A stretch of DNA of 64,000 bases from an uncultured Eubacterium sp. (GTDB lineage Bacteria > Bacillota > Clostridia > Oscillospirales > Acutalibacteraceae), in NCBI GenBank assembly GCA_944380545.1, contig CALWHV010000013.1, forward strand, positions 18,350 through 82,349. The letters are read 5' to 3'. Of the stretch, positions 39,144 through 47,675 are shown one piece after another (the stretch's first letter is position 1; the number at the start of each line of letters is the position of its first letter). Both the position numbers and the translations under genes were made by a program. The notes below the pieces were generated by a model. It was not told the origin of the DNA. It searched no databases and worked only from the letters and a program-made list of their open reading frames with translations.

Positions 39144-40139
39144 TCACTTTTGAGCCGCGCTGAAAAAGAAATCGTTTTGCGGCGAGGAGGCGCATACGGT
39201 GTATGCGTAATTCTGCGTGGGGGCGCACGTCTGCATGGGCAGCGGAGGCGGATTGAGCAGATACCGCCTTGAAAGCGTGCCTTTTTTGAGCTTTCTGAGC
39301 ATAACTATCAAAACGCAGGTGAAGAACACAACGATTACCGCCGAAAGCAGCTGGCTTACGCGGATCGTGGTGGAGCCTATGTAAAGGCTGTCTGTTCTGA
39401 GACCCTCCACCACCATTCTTTCAAGCCCGTAGCCTATGCCGTAGAGCAAAAACAGCTCGCCCTTGAATTTGCGGCGCTTTTTGAAAACGAAATGCAAAAT
39501 CAAAAACAAAGCGAGGCACCACACGCTTTCGTAAAGAAATGTGGGGTGGACCGGCACATCGGGGTCTACCTGCATACCCTTTTCAAGCAGCAGCGCCTGA
39601 TTTGCTGCAATATCGTCTCTTATCTTGACCGACCACATACGAAAGAGGCCGTTTTCGGAATTTGCGCCGAACGCCTCCTGATTGAAGAAATTGCCCCAGC
39701 GGCCTATGCCCTGCCCTATCAGCAGGCCGAGCGAGCCGACATCGAGCAGATTTGCAAAATCTATCTTGCCTATCCTGGCGCCGATCCAGCCGCCGATGAG
39801 GGCGCCGATGATGCCGCCGTAAATGGCGATGCCGCCGTGCCAGATGGCGATTATCTCGCCGGGGTTCTGCGAAAAATAGTCCCACTCAAAGGCAACATAA
39901 TAGAGCCTTGCGCACACTATGCCGAAGATGGTGCCCCAAATAAGGACATCCGTCATACCGTCAAGGCTCATCTTCCACTTATAGGCGGTGACGCCGCCGT
40001 AGATAACGGCAAGCGCAAAGCCGAAGGCGATTATGATGCCGTACCAGTGAACATCATAGCCGCCTATTGAAAACGCAACGGACGGGATATCGACGGAAAA
40101 GCCCAGCCCGTCGAAAAAAACGGTTGTAAAATCAGACAT
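39144..40139 (-). CDS. lgt: Prolipoprotein diacylglyceryl transferase
   Basis: HWYG, ARLYYV, GG.AIYGG, QGIGRWGNF.NQE, HPTFLYES. Confidence 0.95.
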   Translation of the reverse strand: MSDFTTVFFDGLGFSVDIPSVAFSIGGYDVHWYGIIIAFGFALAVIYGGVTAYKWKMSLDGMTDVLIWGTIFGIVCARLYYVAFEWDYFSQNPGEIIAIWHGGIAIYGGIIGALIGGWIGARIGKIDFANLLDVGSLGLLIGQGIGRWGNFFNQEAFGANSENGLFRMWSVKIRDDIAANQALLLEKGMQVDPDVPVHPTFLYESVWCLALFLILHFVFKKRRKFKGELFLLYGIGYGLERMVVEGLRTDSLYIGSTTIRVSQLLSAVIVVFFTCVLIVMLRKLKKGTLSRRYLLNPPPLPMQTCAPTQNYAYTVCASSPQNDFFFSAAQK

Positions 40140-40157
40140 AATATACCTCCTTGCCGC

Positions 40158-41426
40158 TCACTGATTTGCGCAGACTACCGACAGCGCGCAATAGCGCTCG
40201 TCAAGCTTTTCACGCAGCAGGGCTTCAACATCTGCCTTTTTGATGTTTTTATAAACGCCCAGCGCGTCAAAAACGCAAAAGCCCGCGAAATGGCAGCCGA
40301 GGATGGAATTTGCGATATCCTCCGTCACATTATAGGACATTATCTCGCGCCCGTAGAGGCTGCGGCGGGCGGTCTCAAACTCCTCGTCTGTTATACCGCT
40401 CTGCCTGAGCTGAGCGACACGCGCCTTGATCGCGTCTGCGACCGCGGCGGCGTCTCTGCTCTCGCCCTCAAAGATGACCGCCTCGTATCCCCTGCCGGTG
40501 AAATATTCCTTGGAGAATGAGGAATTTATAAGCCCCTTTTCCGTAAGCGAAATATAAAGAGGCGAGGTCTCGCCGGCAAGGAGCTCAAGCAGGATATCCA
40601 TACCCACAAGCTCCTCGACGCTGCGCAGAGGCGTTTTGCACGCCTCCTTGTAGCCGAACGAAAACACCGGCATACCTACGGCAAGGTGATACTCCTCGTA
40701 CGGCTTTACTATATCGCGCGGTTCATCGACCTCGGCGCGTTCGATCTTTATATCCGGCGCCTTTTCAAGCAGCTCGTCGCACACGGAAACGACCTGCTGC
40801 GGCGTTACGCTGCCGACGACGGCAAGCGCCATATTATTGAGATTATAAAAGGTGTTGTAGCACTCGTAAAGCAGCTTGTCCGTTATTTTTGAGATGGAAT
40901 CCACCGTGCCGGCTATATCTATTCTTACGGGGTGGTTCTTATAAAGGCAGCGCAGCAGATTGAAGGTGCCCATCCAGCCGGGAACATCGTAATACATAGT
41001 TATCTCCTGCCCGATAATGCCCTGCTCCTTTTCAACGGTTTCCTTTGTGAAATAAGGGTGGGTCACGAAATCGAGCAGTATTCTGAGGCTGTCCTCAAAC
41101 CTGCCTGAGCACTGGAAAAGATAGCAGGTTTTGTCAAACGAGGTGTAGGCGTTTGCGCTGGCGCCGGTTTCGGCGTATCTTGTGAACGCGTCCAGCTCCT
41201 CGCTTTCAAACAGCTTATGCTCAAGAAAGTGGGCGATGCCCTCCGGCACGCTTGTAAAGCTGCTTTCGTTTGAACGCTTGAAGCAGGTGTCTATCGAGCC
41301 GTACTTTGTGCCGATAACGGCGTACGCCGATTTATAGCCCTCCTTGGGCATAACAAATATCTTGAGCCCGGACGGATGGTCTATTTCATACAGCTTTTCG
41401 CCGAGCTCCCTTGATTCGCGTATCAT
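40158..41426 (-). CDS. M16 family peptidase, YmfH-like
   Basis: GIAHFLEHKLF (HxxEH), NAYTS, EKEQGII.QE. Confidence 0.9.
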   Translation of the reverse strand: MIRESRELGEKLYEIDHPSGLKIFVMPKEGYKSAYAVIGTKYGSIDTCFKRSNESSFTSVPEGIAHFLEHKLFESEELDAFTRYAETGASANAYTSFDKTCYLFQCSGRFEDSLRILLDFVTHPYFTKETVEKEQGIIGQEITMYYDVPGWMGTFNLLRCLYKNHPVRIDIAGTVDSISKITDKLLYECYNTFYNLNNMALAVVGSVTPQQVVSVCDELLEKAPDIKIERAEVDEPRDIVKPYEEYHLAVGMPVFSFGYKEACKTPLRSVEELVGMDILLELLAGETSPLYISLTEKGLINSSFSKEYFTGRGYEAVIFEGESRDAAAVADAIKARVAQLRQSGITDEEFETARRSLYGREIMSYNVTEDIANSILGCHFAGFCVFDALGVYKNIKKADVEALLREKLDERYCALSVVCANQ

Positions 41427-42706
41427 TCCTGCGCCTCCTTATTTCCTGCCAGAGTGTAGACGGCGCCGAGGCGCACGGTTTTTGCAAGCTCGGCGATCTG
41501 CTCCTTAGTGACTGCGGCGTGGAGCCTTGCGCTCTCCTGCGGGGAGATATATTCGCCGTCCGCGCACTGCGCAGAATACCAGGCTTCTATGGATTCTGGC
41601 GAATCGCCTACCGAGCCGAGCATATCGGCTATCGCCGCGGCGGACGAGGTGAATTCATAATCAAAATCGCCGTTTTCTATGCAAGAGAGCTGATTGAGGA
41701 TCTCCTCCTGCGCCCTTTGCATATTCTGCTCCTCGCAGCCGCTTTGAACGAACAGGCAGCTCTTGCGCCTGAACGGTCGGGCGGAGCAATAATAGCAAAG
41801 GCTCATCTTTTCGCGCACATTGGAAAACAGCTTTGAATAGGGGCCGCCGCCGAATATATCGCAAAACGCTCTTAAGACCGCGCCCTGCTCGGCGCTGTCA
41901 GCATCCACGCCGGCATAAAAGCCCATAACGAGCTTGCCCTGGCGCACCTCCTGCCTTTCCGTTACGCGCCTTACCTGCGCCGGAGCTTTAGAGGGTGAGG
42001 GCGTCGGCGGGGCATAGCTTCTGCCGAGCGCCTCAAGGCGTGCCTTGAGCTGTGAGGGAACCGCGCTGCAATCGGCGCTGCCGACGCATATAAAGGTTAT
42101 TTTTGCCGTTTTCAGCAGCGTGCGCCACGCGTTTGCGGCTTCAAGCGGCGTTACCGCCTCCACCTGCGCAGCCGTGCCCATTTTGCCGACGGCAAACGGC
42201 TCGCCCTCAAACATAATCTGCTGCGCCCTTTCAAGCGCGTAGATCCTTTTTTCGTTTTCATCGCTTTCTATCTTCTCTATGATGATGCGCTTTTCCCTTT
42301 GCGTATCCTGCGGCAAAAACGCGCCGTTTTCATCAAGCGACGGCTCAAAGAGCAGGGACAGCAGAAGCTTGACGCACTCGCCTGAGATCCTTTCGCCGTC
42401 CAGCGAAAAGCGGTCGTCAAGGCAGGTCATATTAAAGCGCAGCTGCTGAAAATCGCCGGATTTGGTTACCTGAACGCCGAGCTGCGCGCCGTATAAACCG
42501 GCGAGCCTTCTGCTGAGCGCGCCGATGGTGGGATATTGCGCGCAGGTTGACGAAACGATATGCGCCGCCACGGCGTTTTGCGCCGCCGTCTGCTCAAGCA
42601 AGGGCGTTGTGAGCGTAACGGAAAGCTCGTTCGTTTTAAACCTGTTTGCCTCAACGCAGATGACCTCCGCCCCCGGCAGTATCTGAGTCAGCTGAAATTC
42701 CTTCAT
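41423..42706 (-). CDS. M16 family inactive partner, YmfF-like
   Basis: KFKT-like RFKT, SKLF.NVREK.SLCYY, lacks HxxEH; paired with the YmfH-like gene; start moved to ATG 42706. Confidence 0.85.
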   Translation of the reverse strand: MKEFQLTQILPGAEVICVEANRFKTNELSVTLTTPLLEQTAAQNAVAAHIVSSTCAQYPTIGALSRRLAGLYGAQLGVQVTKSGDFQQLRFNMTCLDDRFSLDGERISGECVKLLLSLLFEPSLDENGAFLPQDTQREKRIIIEKIESDENEKRIYALERAQQIMFEGEPFAVGKMGTAAQVEAVTPLEAANAWRTLLKTAKITFICVGSADCSAVPSQLKARLEALGRSYAPPTPSPSKAPAQVRRVTERQEVRQGKLVMGFYAGVDADSAEQGAVLRAFCDIFGGGPYSKLFSNVREKMSLCYYCSARPFRRKSCLFVQSGCEEQNMQRAQEEILNQLSCIENGDFDYEFTSSAAAIADMLGSVGDSPESIEAWYSAQCADGEYISPQESARLHAAVTKEQIAELAKTVRLGAVYTLAGNKEAQE

Positions 42707-42820
42707 TTTAAATATCAAGACCTTTCGACCCCGCGCCGCGGAAATTACGCCGCGGTGCAAAGATGATGCAGATATTTTACCATATTATTATAATTATTTC
42801 CATATTTTATTTGAATTATC

Positions 42821-43090
42821 TTAAAACAGCAGATACAGCAGCGCAAGCAGCAATTTATCATCCGCCGCGCCCTGCGTTAAAAGTATCATTATTATAAGCA
42901 GCACGGTAGTTTCGCCGTCTTCCCCGCCGCCCTGTGCCTCAGCCGCCTGCGGCTTGATATTTTCGGGCTGCGCGGGCGCTTTGCGCTCCTCTGCCGCTTG
43001 TGCACCGTCAACATACGCGCCCGCCCTTTCGCGCATCTCCCTTACCCGCTTTTTTGCCTCCTCTATCTCCGCGCTTGAAAAGCTCGGCGT
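42821..43090 (-). CDS. Small hypothetical protein with hydrophobic C-terminus (start uncertain: ACG at 43090 or ATG at 43036)
   Basis: Open frame TPSFSSAEIEEAKKRVREMR...LLIIMILL...DDKLLLALLYLLF. Confidence 0.6.
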   Translation of the reverse strand, partial: TPSFSSAEIEEAKKRVREMRERAGAYVDGAQAAEERKAPAQPENIKPQAAEAQGGGEDGETTVLLIIMILLTQGAADDKLLLALLYLLF

Positions 43091-43468
43091 TTAAAACATC
43101 TCCCTAAGCATCGGCAGTATCTCAAAAAGCCGCAGTATCTTGACCGCGGTATCAGCCTTTTCCCTGTTTTTCGGCGAGAGGTGCGGCTTGAGCGCGAGGA
43201 TAAGGTCCGTATTTTTATTTGAGGCGCTGTTCATCTTGTCAAAAACGGCTTTGGCGCGCATCAGAAGCTGAAAATCCTGCGAGCCGAGCCCGCCGGGCAG
43301 GGAAACGCCGGCTTTTGGCTGTGACGGCGCGGGTGGCGCGGGTTCAGTCCGTTCGCTTTCGGGCGCGGCGCTCTGCCCCTGCGAGCCGAGGATGGACTGC
43401 GCGACGCCCTTGAGCATATCTATATCCTGCGGGGTGAGGCTTGATATGATATCGTTTAAATCGTCCAT
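43091..43468 (-). CDS. Small hypothetical protein
   Basis: 125 aa, RBS-preceded (AAGGA), LILALKPHLS..R.KAD.A.K pattern. Confidence 0.7.
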   Translation of the reverse strand: MDDLNDIISSLTPQDIDMLKGVAQSILGSQGQSAAPESERTEPAPPAPSQPKAGVSLPGGLGSQDFQLLMRAKAVFDKMNSASNKNTDLILALKPHLSPKNREKADTAVKILRLFEILPMLREMF

Positions 43469-43471
43469 AGC

Positions 43472-43735
43472 TTAATCCTTTCCGAAGCGGCGCAGCAGCT
43501 CCTTTGACTGCGGCGAATCGAGCAGGCTTTGAAGCGCCTTTTTATCAGACAGCACCGATTTAAGCTTTTTTGAAAGCTCGGGCGACAGGCTTTTTTCAAG
43601 ATAGCTTTCAAGCCGGCCGCTGTGCGCGGCTTTTTTCAGCTCCTGCGGGTCTATCCCCGCCTTTTGCGCCGCTTTGCCTACGGGGTCGCCCTGCTGATTT
43701 TTATTAAAATTCGAGCTGTTCATTGTAATCACCAT
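43472..43735 (-). CDS. Small hypothetical protein
   Basis: 87 aa helical, co-directional with the next two small genes. Confidence 0.6.
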   Translation of the reverse strand: MVITMNSSNFNKNQQGDPVGKAAQKAGIDPQELKKAAHSGRLESYLEKSLSPELSKKLKSVLSDKKALQSLLDSPQSKELLRRFGKD

Positions 43736-43782
43736 CCAATTAAAGTATAATAATACTTATGAAAGCTTGGAGGCGGATATGT

Positions 43783-44256
43783 ATGAGGATGATAGCTACT
43801 TCAGACAGCCATTCAAGGCGCGGGCTGCTGTTTGACATCATTGAAAGGCACATAGAAAACGCGGACCTTTTTGTGAATCTGGGCGACTGCGGCAGCGGCG
43901 CGGACCTTGAGGAGGCGCAGCTTTATTTCGGAGAGCGGCTCAAGCTGCTGAGAGTAGGCGGAAACTGCGATTTTTATTACGACTGCCCGGCGGTGAGGCT
44001 TATCGACTTTGCCGGAAAAAGGGTTTTGCTTTGCCACGGCCACACCTTTAAAGTGAAATTCGGGCTTTACGAGCTTGAGAGCGAGGCGCAAAAAGAGGGC
44101 GCGGACATAGCGCTTTACGGCCACACCCACGCCCAAAAATGCGAATATAAGGACGGTATCTACTATTTTAACCCCGGAGCGGTGCGCGACGGGAATTACG
44201 GCATTATAGACATAACAGACGCCGGAACGGTCTGCATACCGGCAAGGCTGACCTAA
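43783..44256 (+). CDS. Metallophosphoesterase, YfcE/MJ0936 family
   Basis: SDSH, LGD, GNCD, CHGH, LYGHTH, FNPG. Confidence 0.92.
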   Translation: MRMIATSDSHSRRGLLFDIIERHIENADLFVNLGDCGSGADLEEAQLYFGERLKLLRVGGNCDFYYDCPAVRLIDFAGKRVLLCHGHTFKVKFGLYELESEAQKEGADIALYGHTHAQKCEYKDGIYYFNPGAVRDGNYGIIDITDAGTVCIPARLT

Positions 44257-44951
44257 GCCTCAACGCCCGTGAGCGCGCAGAAGATCTCGGAGGCGATGAT
44301 GAGCCCTGCCGCGGCCGGCACAAACGGAGTGCTGCCGACGGTGCGCCGACCGCTTTCAGCCTCAAGGCGGCGCGGCTGCTCCTTTGAATAGACAACGCGA
44401 AGCGAATCCACTCCCGCCTTTTTGAGCTCGCGGCGCATAACGCGGGCAAGCGGGCAGACTGAGGTGGAATAGATATCGGCGACCTCTAAAAGCTGCGGGT
44501 GCAGCTTATTGCCCGTGCCCATTGAGCTTATGACCGGCACGCCGAGCGCCTTTGCGCGTTTTATAAGCTCCAGCTTTGAGGAGACGGTGTCTATCGCGTC
44601 CGCAATATAATCATACTGCGAGAGGTCTATCATATCCGCGGTTTCGGCGGAATAAAATAGCGGCAGGGGCGTTATCTTTACATCGGGGTTTATGGACAGG
44701 GCGCGGAGCCTTGCCGCCTGAACCTTGGGCATACCGAGCGTTTGGGCGGTTGCAATGATCTGGCGGTTGAGATTTGACGGGCTGACCGTATCGGCGTCTA
44801 TAATATCAAGCGCGCCGACGCCGCACCTGACGAGCGCCTCCGCCGCATAGCCGCCGACGCCTCCGACGCCGAACACGGCAACGCGCGAGCGCTTCATTTT
44901 TTCAAGCGCCTCGCCGCCGGCAACAAGGCGCGTTCTTTCAAAAATATCCAT
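44253..44951 (-). CDS. tcdA: ThiF-family tRNA threonylcarbamoyladenosine dehydratase (TcdA-like)
   Basis: GVGGVG.YA.EAL.R.G, D.D.V..SNLNRQ, DAIDT, SMGTGNK, CPLAR. Confidence 0.85.
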   Translation of the reverse strand: MDIFERTRLVAGGEALEKMKRSRVAVFGVGGVGGYAAEALVRCGVGALDIIDADTVSPSNLNRQIIATAQTLGMPKVQAARLRALSINPDVKITPLPLFYSAETADMIDLSQYDYIADAIDTVSSKLELIKRAKALGVPVISSMGTGNKLHPQLLEVADIYSTSVCPLARVMRRELKKAGVDSLRVVYSKEQPRRLEAESGRRTVGSTPFVPAAAGLIIASEIFCALTGVEA

Positions 44952-45053
44952 AGCTCATTCCGTTTTTCAGATTGCGGCCGGGGCGGTTCTGCGCCGCGAG
45001 CCGCGGTTTCGGGAATATTTTAACACATTAAGGCGCGAATGCCAACCGAATCA

Positions 45054-45082
45054 TTGAAAAAACGGCGTTTTGATGGTATAAT
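45054..45082 (+). promoter_or_regulatory. Sigma-A promoter of cysteine synthase-like gene
   Basis: TTGAAA-17 bp-TATAAT with TG extension. Confidence 0.7.
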
Positions 45083-45139
45083 GCTTTGATGATGAATGAT
45101 AAATAATTCGGATAAAACAGATTGCGAGGTATTTGCACA

Positions 45140-46066
45140 ATGGTTTACAACACCATACTTGACGCGATAGGACACACGCCGATGATCAGGCTAAACAGGC
45201 TCTGCGAGCCGGATTCGGCAGAGATACTTGTGAAATACGAGGGCGTTAACATCGGCGGCTCGATAAAAACGCGCACCGCCTACAATATGCTTAAGCGCGC
45301 CGAGGAAAAGGGACTTATAAATGAAAACACGATTATCGTTGAGCCAACGAGCGGAAACCAGGGCATAGGGCTTGCGCTTGTGGGAGCGGTAAAGGGCTAC
45401 AATGTGAAAATAATCATGCCGGATTCCGTTTCCGAGGAGCGCAGAAAGCTTGTTTCAAACTACGGCGCCGAGGTGATACTTATTCACGACGACGGCAATA
45501 TCGGCAAATGCATAGAGGAATGTATGGCGACTGCCGAGCGTATGGCTGCCGAGGACCCGAATGTTTACATACCCGGACAGTTTGAGAACCCCGACAATCC
45601 GAAAGCGCATATATATCACACTGCGGTTGAGATACTTGAGCAGGTGGGCGCCGATATAGACGGCTTTTGCAGCGGCGTTGGCACTGGCGGCACGATAAGC
45701 GGCATAGGCGAGGTGCTAAAGCGCCAGAACCCCTCGATAAAAATATGGGCGGTTGAGCCCGAAAACGCGGCGATACTCAGCGGCGGCTCGGTGGGCACGC
45801 ATCTTCAGATGGGCATAGGCGACGGGCTTATCCCCGACAACCTCAACACCACCATATACGAGCATATCTGCGTTATATCCGACGAGGAGGCAATCAAAAC
45901 CGCCAGAAGGCTCGCTTCCGAGGAGGGCATTATGTGCGGCATATCGAGCGGCTCCAATGTGGCGGCGGCGATAAAGCTGGCGCGCAGGCTGGGCAAGGGC
46001 AAAACGGTTGTTACCGTGCTGCCGGACACGGGCGAAAGATATTTCAGCACGGCGCTTTTTGAATAG
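45140..46066 (+). CDS. cysK: PLP-dependent cysteine synthase family protein
   Basis: IG.TP, K.EG.N.GGSIK, EPTSGN, GVGTGGT, LPDTGERY.ST; start at ATG 45140. Confidence 0.85.
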   Translation: MVYNTILDAIGHTPMIRLNRLCEPDSAEILVKYEGVNIGGSIKTRTAYNMLKRAEEKGLINENTIIVEPTSGNQGIGLALVGAVKGYNVKIIMPDSVSEERRKLVSNYGAEVILIHDDGNIGKCIEECMATAERMAAEDPNVYIPGQFENPDNPKAHIYHTAVEILEQVGADIDGFCSGVGTGGTISGIGEVLKRQNPSIKIWAVEPENAAILSGGSVGTHLQMGIGDGLIPDNLNTTIYEHICVISDEEAIKTARRLASEEGIMCGISSGSNVAAAIKLARRLGKGKTVVTVLPDTGERYFSTALFE

Positions 46067-46197
46067 CGAAAGCGCTGAAAGCGGCGAAAGGCGGGCGCGC
46101 ATCATTCGGCATAATTTGAGCATTTCTGTTGTAAAACCGCATTTTGTTTGCTATACTGCCTATATAGGGTTTAATTTTAAGATTGCGAGGAATTGAT

Positions 46198-47331
46198 ATG
46201 CCGGTTGCAGAAGTAAAATCAAGCAAAAAGAAAAAGGCGGGAAAGGCTTTTATGATAATCGTTGCGGTTATTGCGGCAATCGCCGTTATCGCCTGCGTAT
46301 TTATAGCCGCAGTTACAAGAAAACAGGCGGACACGGACGAAAACATAGTTTATGTAGGCGGTATGCTTGAATCCGACACGATAGAATACCAAAGCGAAAG
46401 CGCGAAGGGGCTTGAAAAGAACCCCGTTATCAAGCTGATGCAGATGATATGGTATTTCTGCGCCGAAAGCGACGCCAAAAAGCACGAGGACCAAACGCCG
46501 CCCGATGTGGAAATGATCAAGGACATCCCCTACATAGACGACGGCAACCTTTACCATATGCTTGATGTTTATTACCCGAAGGGGACTGCCGGCGACGCGA
46601 GCCTGCCAGTCATAATAGACATTCACGGCGGCGGCTGGATGTACGCAACGAAGGAGCTTAACGAATATTACTGCCGCGCCCTTGCTGACAGGGGCTTCGT
46701 GGTGTTCAACATAAGCTACAGGCTTGTGCCGGATGTTACGGTTGAGGAGCAGCTTCAGGACGCCGCAGCCGCGCTTAAATGGATAAACGAAAATATGAGC
46801 GCCTATCCGTGCGATGCCGAAAGCGTTATGCTGACCGGCGACTCCGCCGGCGGTATGCTTGCCGTCTATTCCGAGGCTATTATGCAGAGCGAGGAGCTGC
46901 AGACCGTCTTCGGCATTGAGGACGCGGGGCTTGATGTTGACGCGCTTTTACTGACCTCGCCCGTTGCCTATATGAAAAACGGCGCGATCAGCTTTTACAC
47001 AAAGCTTGTGTGGGGCGAAAACTACAAGGATAAGCCCACATACGATTATATGAATCTTGACGAGATAATAGATTACGCCGAGCTGCCGCCTACATATCTT
47101 ATAACCAGCAGCGGCGACAGCCTTGCCCACAGCCAGACGCTTGACGCTTACGAGCTGCTTGAGAGCAAGGGCGTTCAGGCCGTGCTCAAGGATTACGGAA
47201 AATTCGAGGGCAAAAGCCTGCCGCATGTTTTCAGCATACTTGAGCCGTTTGACGAGATAGGAACGCAGACGATAGACGAAGCGGTAGAATTTTACAGAGA
47301 TATAATCGAAAAGAGCAAAGCCGCCGGATAA
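46198..47331 (+). CDS. Membrane-anchored alpha/beta hydrolase (HSL-like esterase)
   Basis: N-terminal TM, IHGGGW oxyanion motif, GDSAGG nucleophile, C-terminal HVF. Confidence 0.9.
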   Translation: MPVAEVKSSKKKKAGKAFMIIVAVIAAIAVIACVFIAAVTRKQADTDENIVYVGGMLESDTIEYQSESAKGLEKNPVIKLMQMIWYFCAESDAKKHEDQTPPDVEMIKDIPYIDDGNLYHMLDVYYPKGTAGDASLPVIIDIHGGGWMYATKELNEYYCRALADRGFVVFNISYRLVPDVTVEEQLQDAAAALKWINENMSAYPCDAESVMLTGDSAGGMLAVYSEAIMQSEELQTVFGIEDAGLDVDALLLTSPVAYMKNGAISFYTKLVWGENYKDKPTYDYMNLDEIIDYAELPPTYLITSSGDSLAHSQTLDAYELLESKGVQAVLKDYGKFEGKSLPHVFSILEPFDEIGTQTIDEAVEFYRDIIEKSKAAG

Positions 47332-47560
47332 GCCGGCGCAAAATAAAGGTCGTCGGATGTTGATAAAGCAGATCAGAACACGCAAGCTTCCGGTGACTCC
47401 GAGTACGCGGGCTGCTGATAGCAGCCCCTACGCGATGTTTAGTAAAATAACGCATTTTTTCGGCGATTGCGAGCGGAATTGTATAAATTTCGACGGCGCG
47501 GCGTCCATTTTCAACAAACTGAGAGGTCATCGGATGATGACCTCTTTTCATTTTCAAAAC

Positions 47561-47598
47561 AAAAAGCCGCTGCAAGCAGTATGCTTCTTGCAGCGGTT
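47561..47598 (-). terminator. Terminator hairpin downstream of tRNA-Val
   Basis: CCGCTGCAAG...CTTGCAGCGG followed by CTTTTTGTTTT on minus strand. Confidence 0.7.
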
Positions 47599-47675
47599 TG
47601 GTGAAGACGAGTGGACTTGAACCACCGACCCCCTGCATGTCAAGCAGGTACTCTAACCAACTGAGCTACGCCTTC
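47599..47675 (-). tRNA. tRNA-Val (GAC)
   Basis: GAAGGCG..AGCTCAGTTGGTTAGAG, anticodon arm CCTGC-TTGACAT-GCAGG, GGTTCAAGTCC, encoded CCA; 77 nt. Confidence 0.96.

Noticed and set aside
39144-39300. Unusual C-terminal extension on Lgt as a possible frameshift
   Set aside because: All Lgt motifs are intact upstream, variable tails are common, and spacing to folD is normal.
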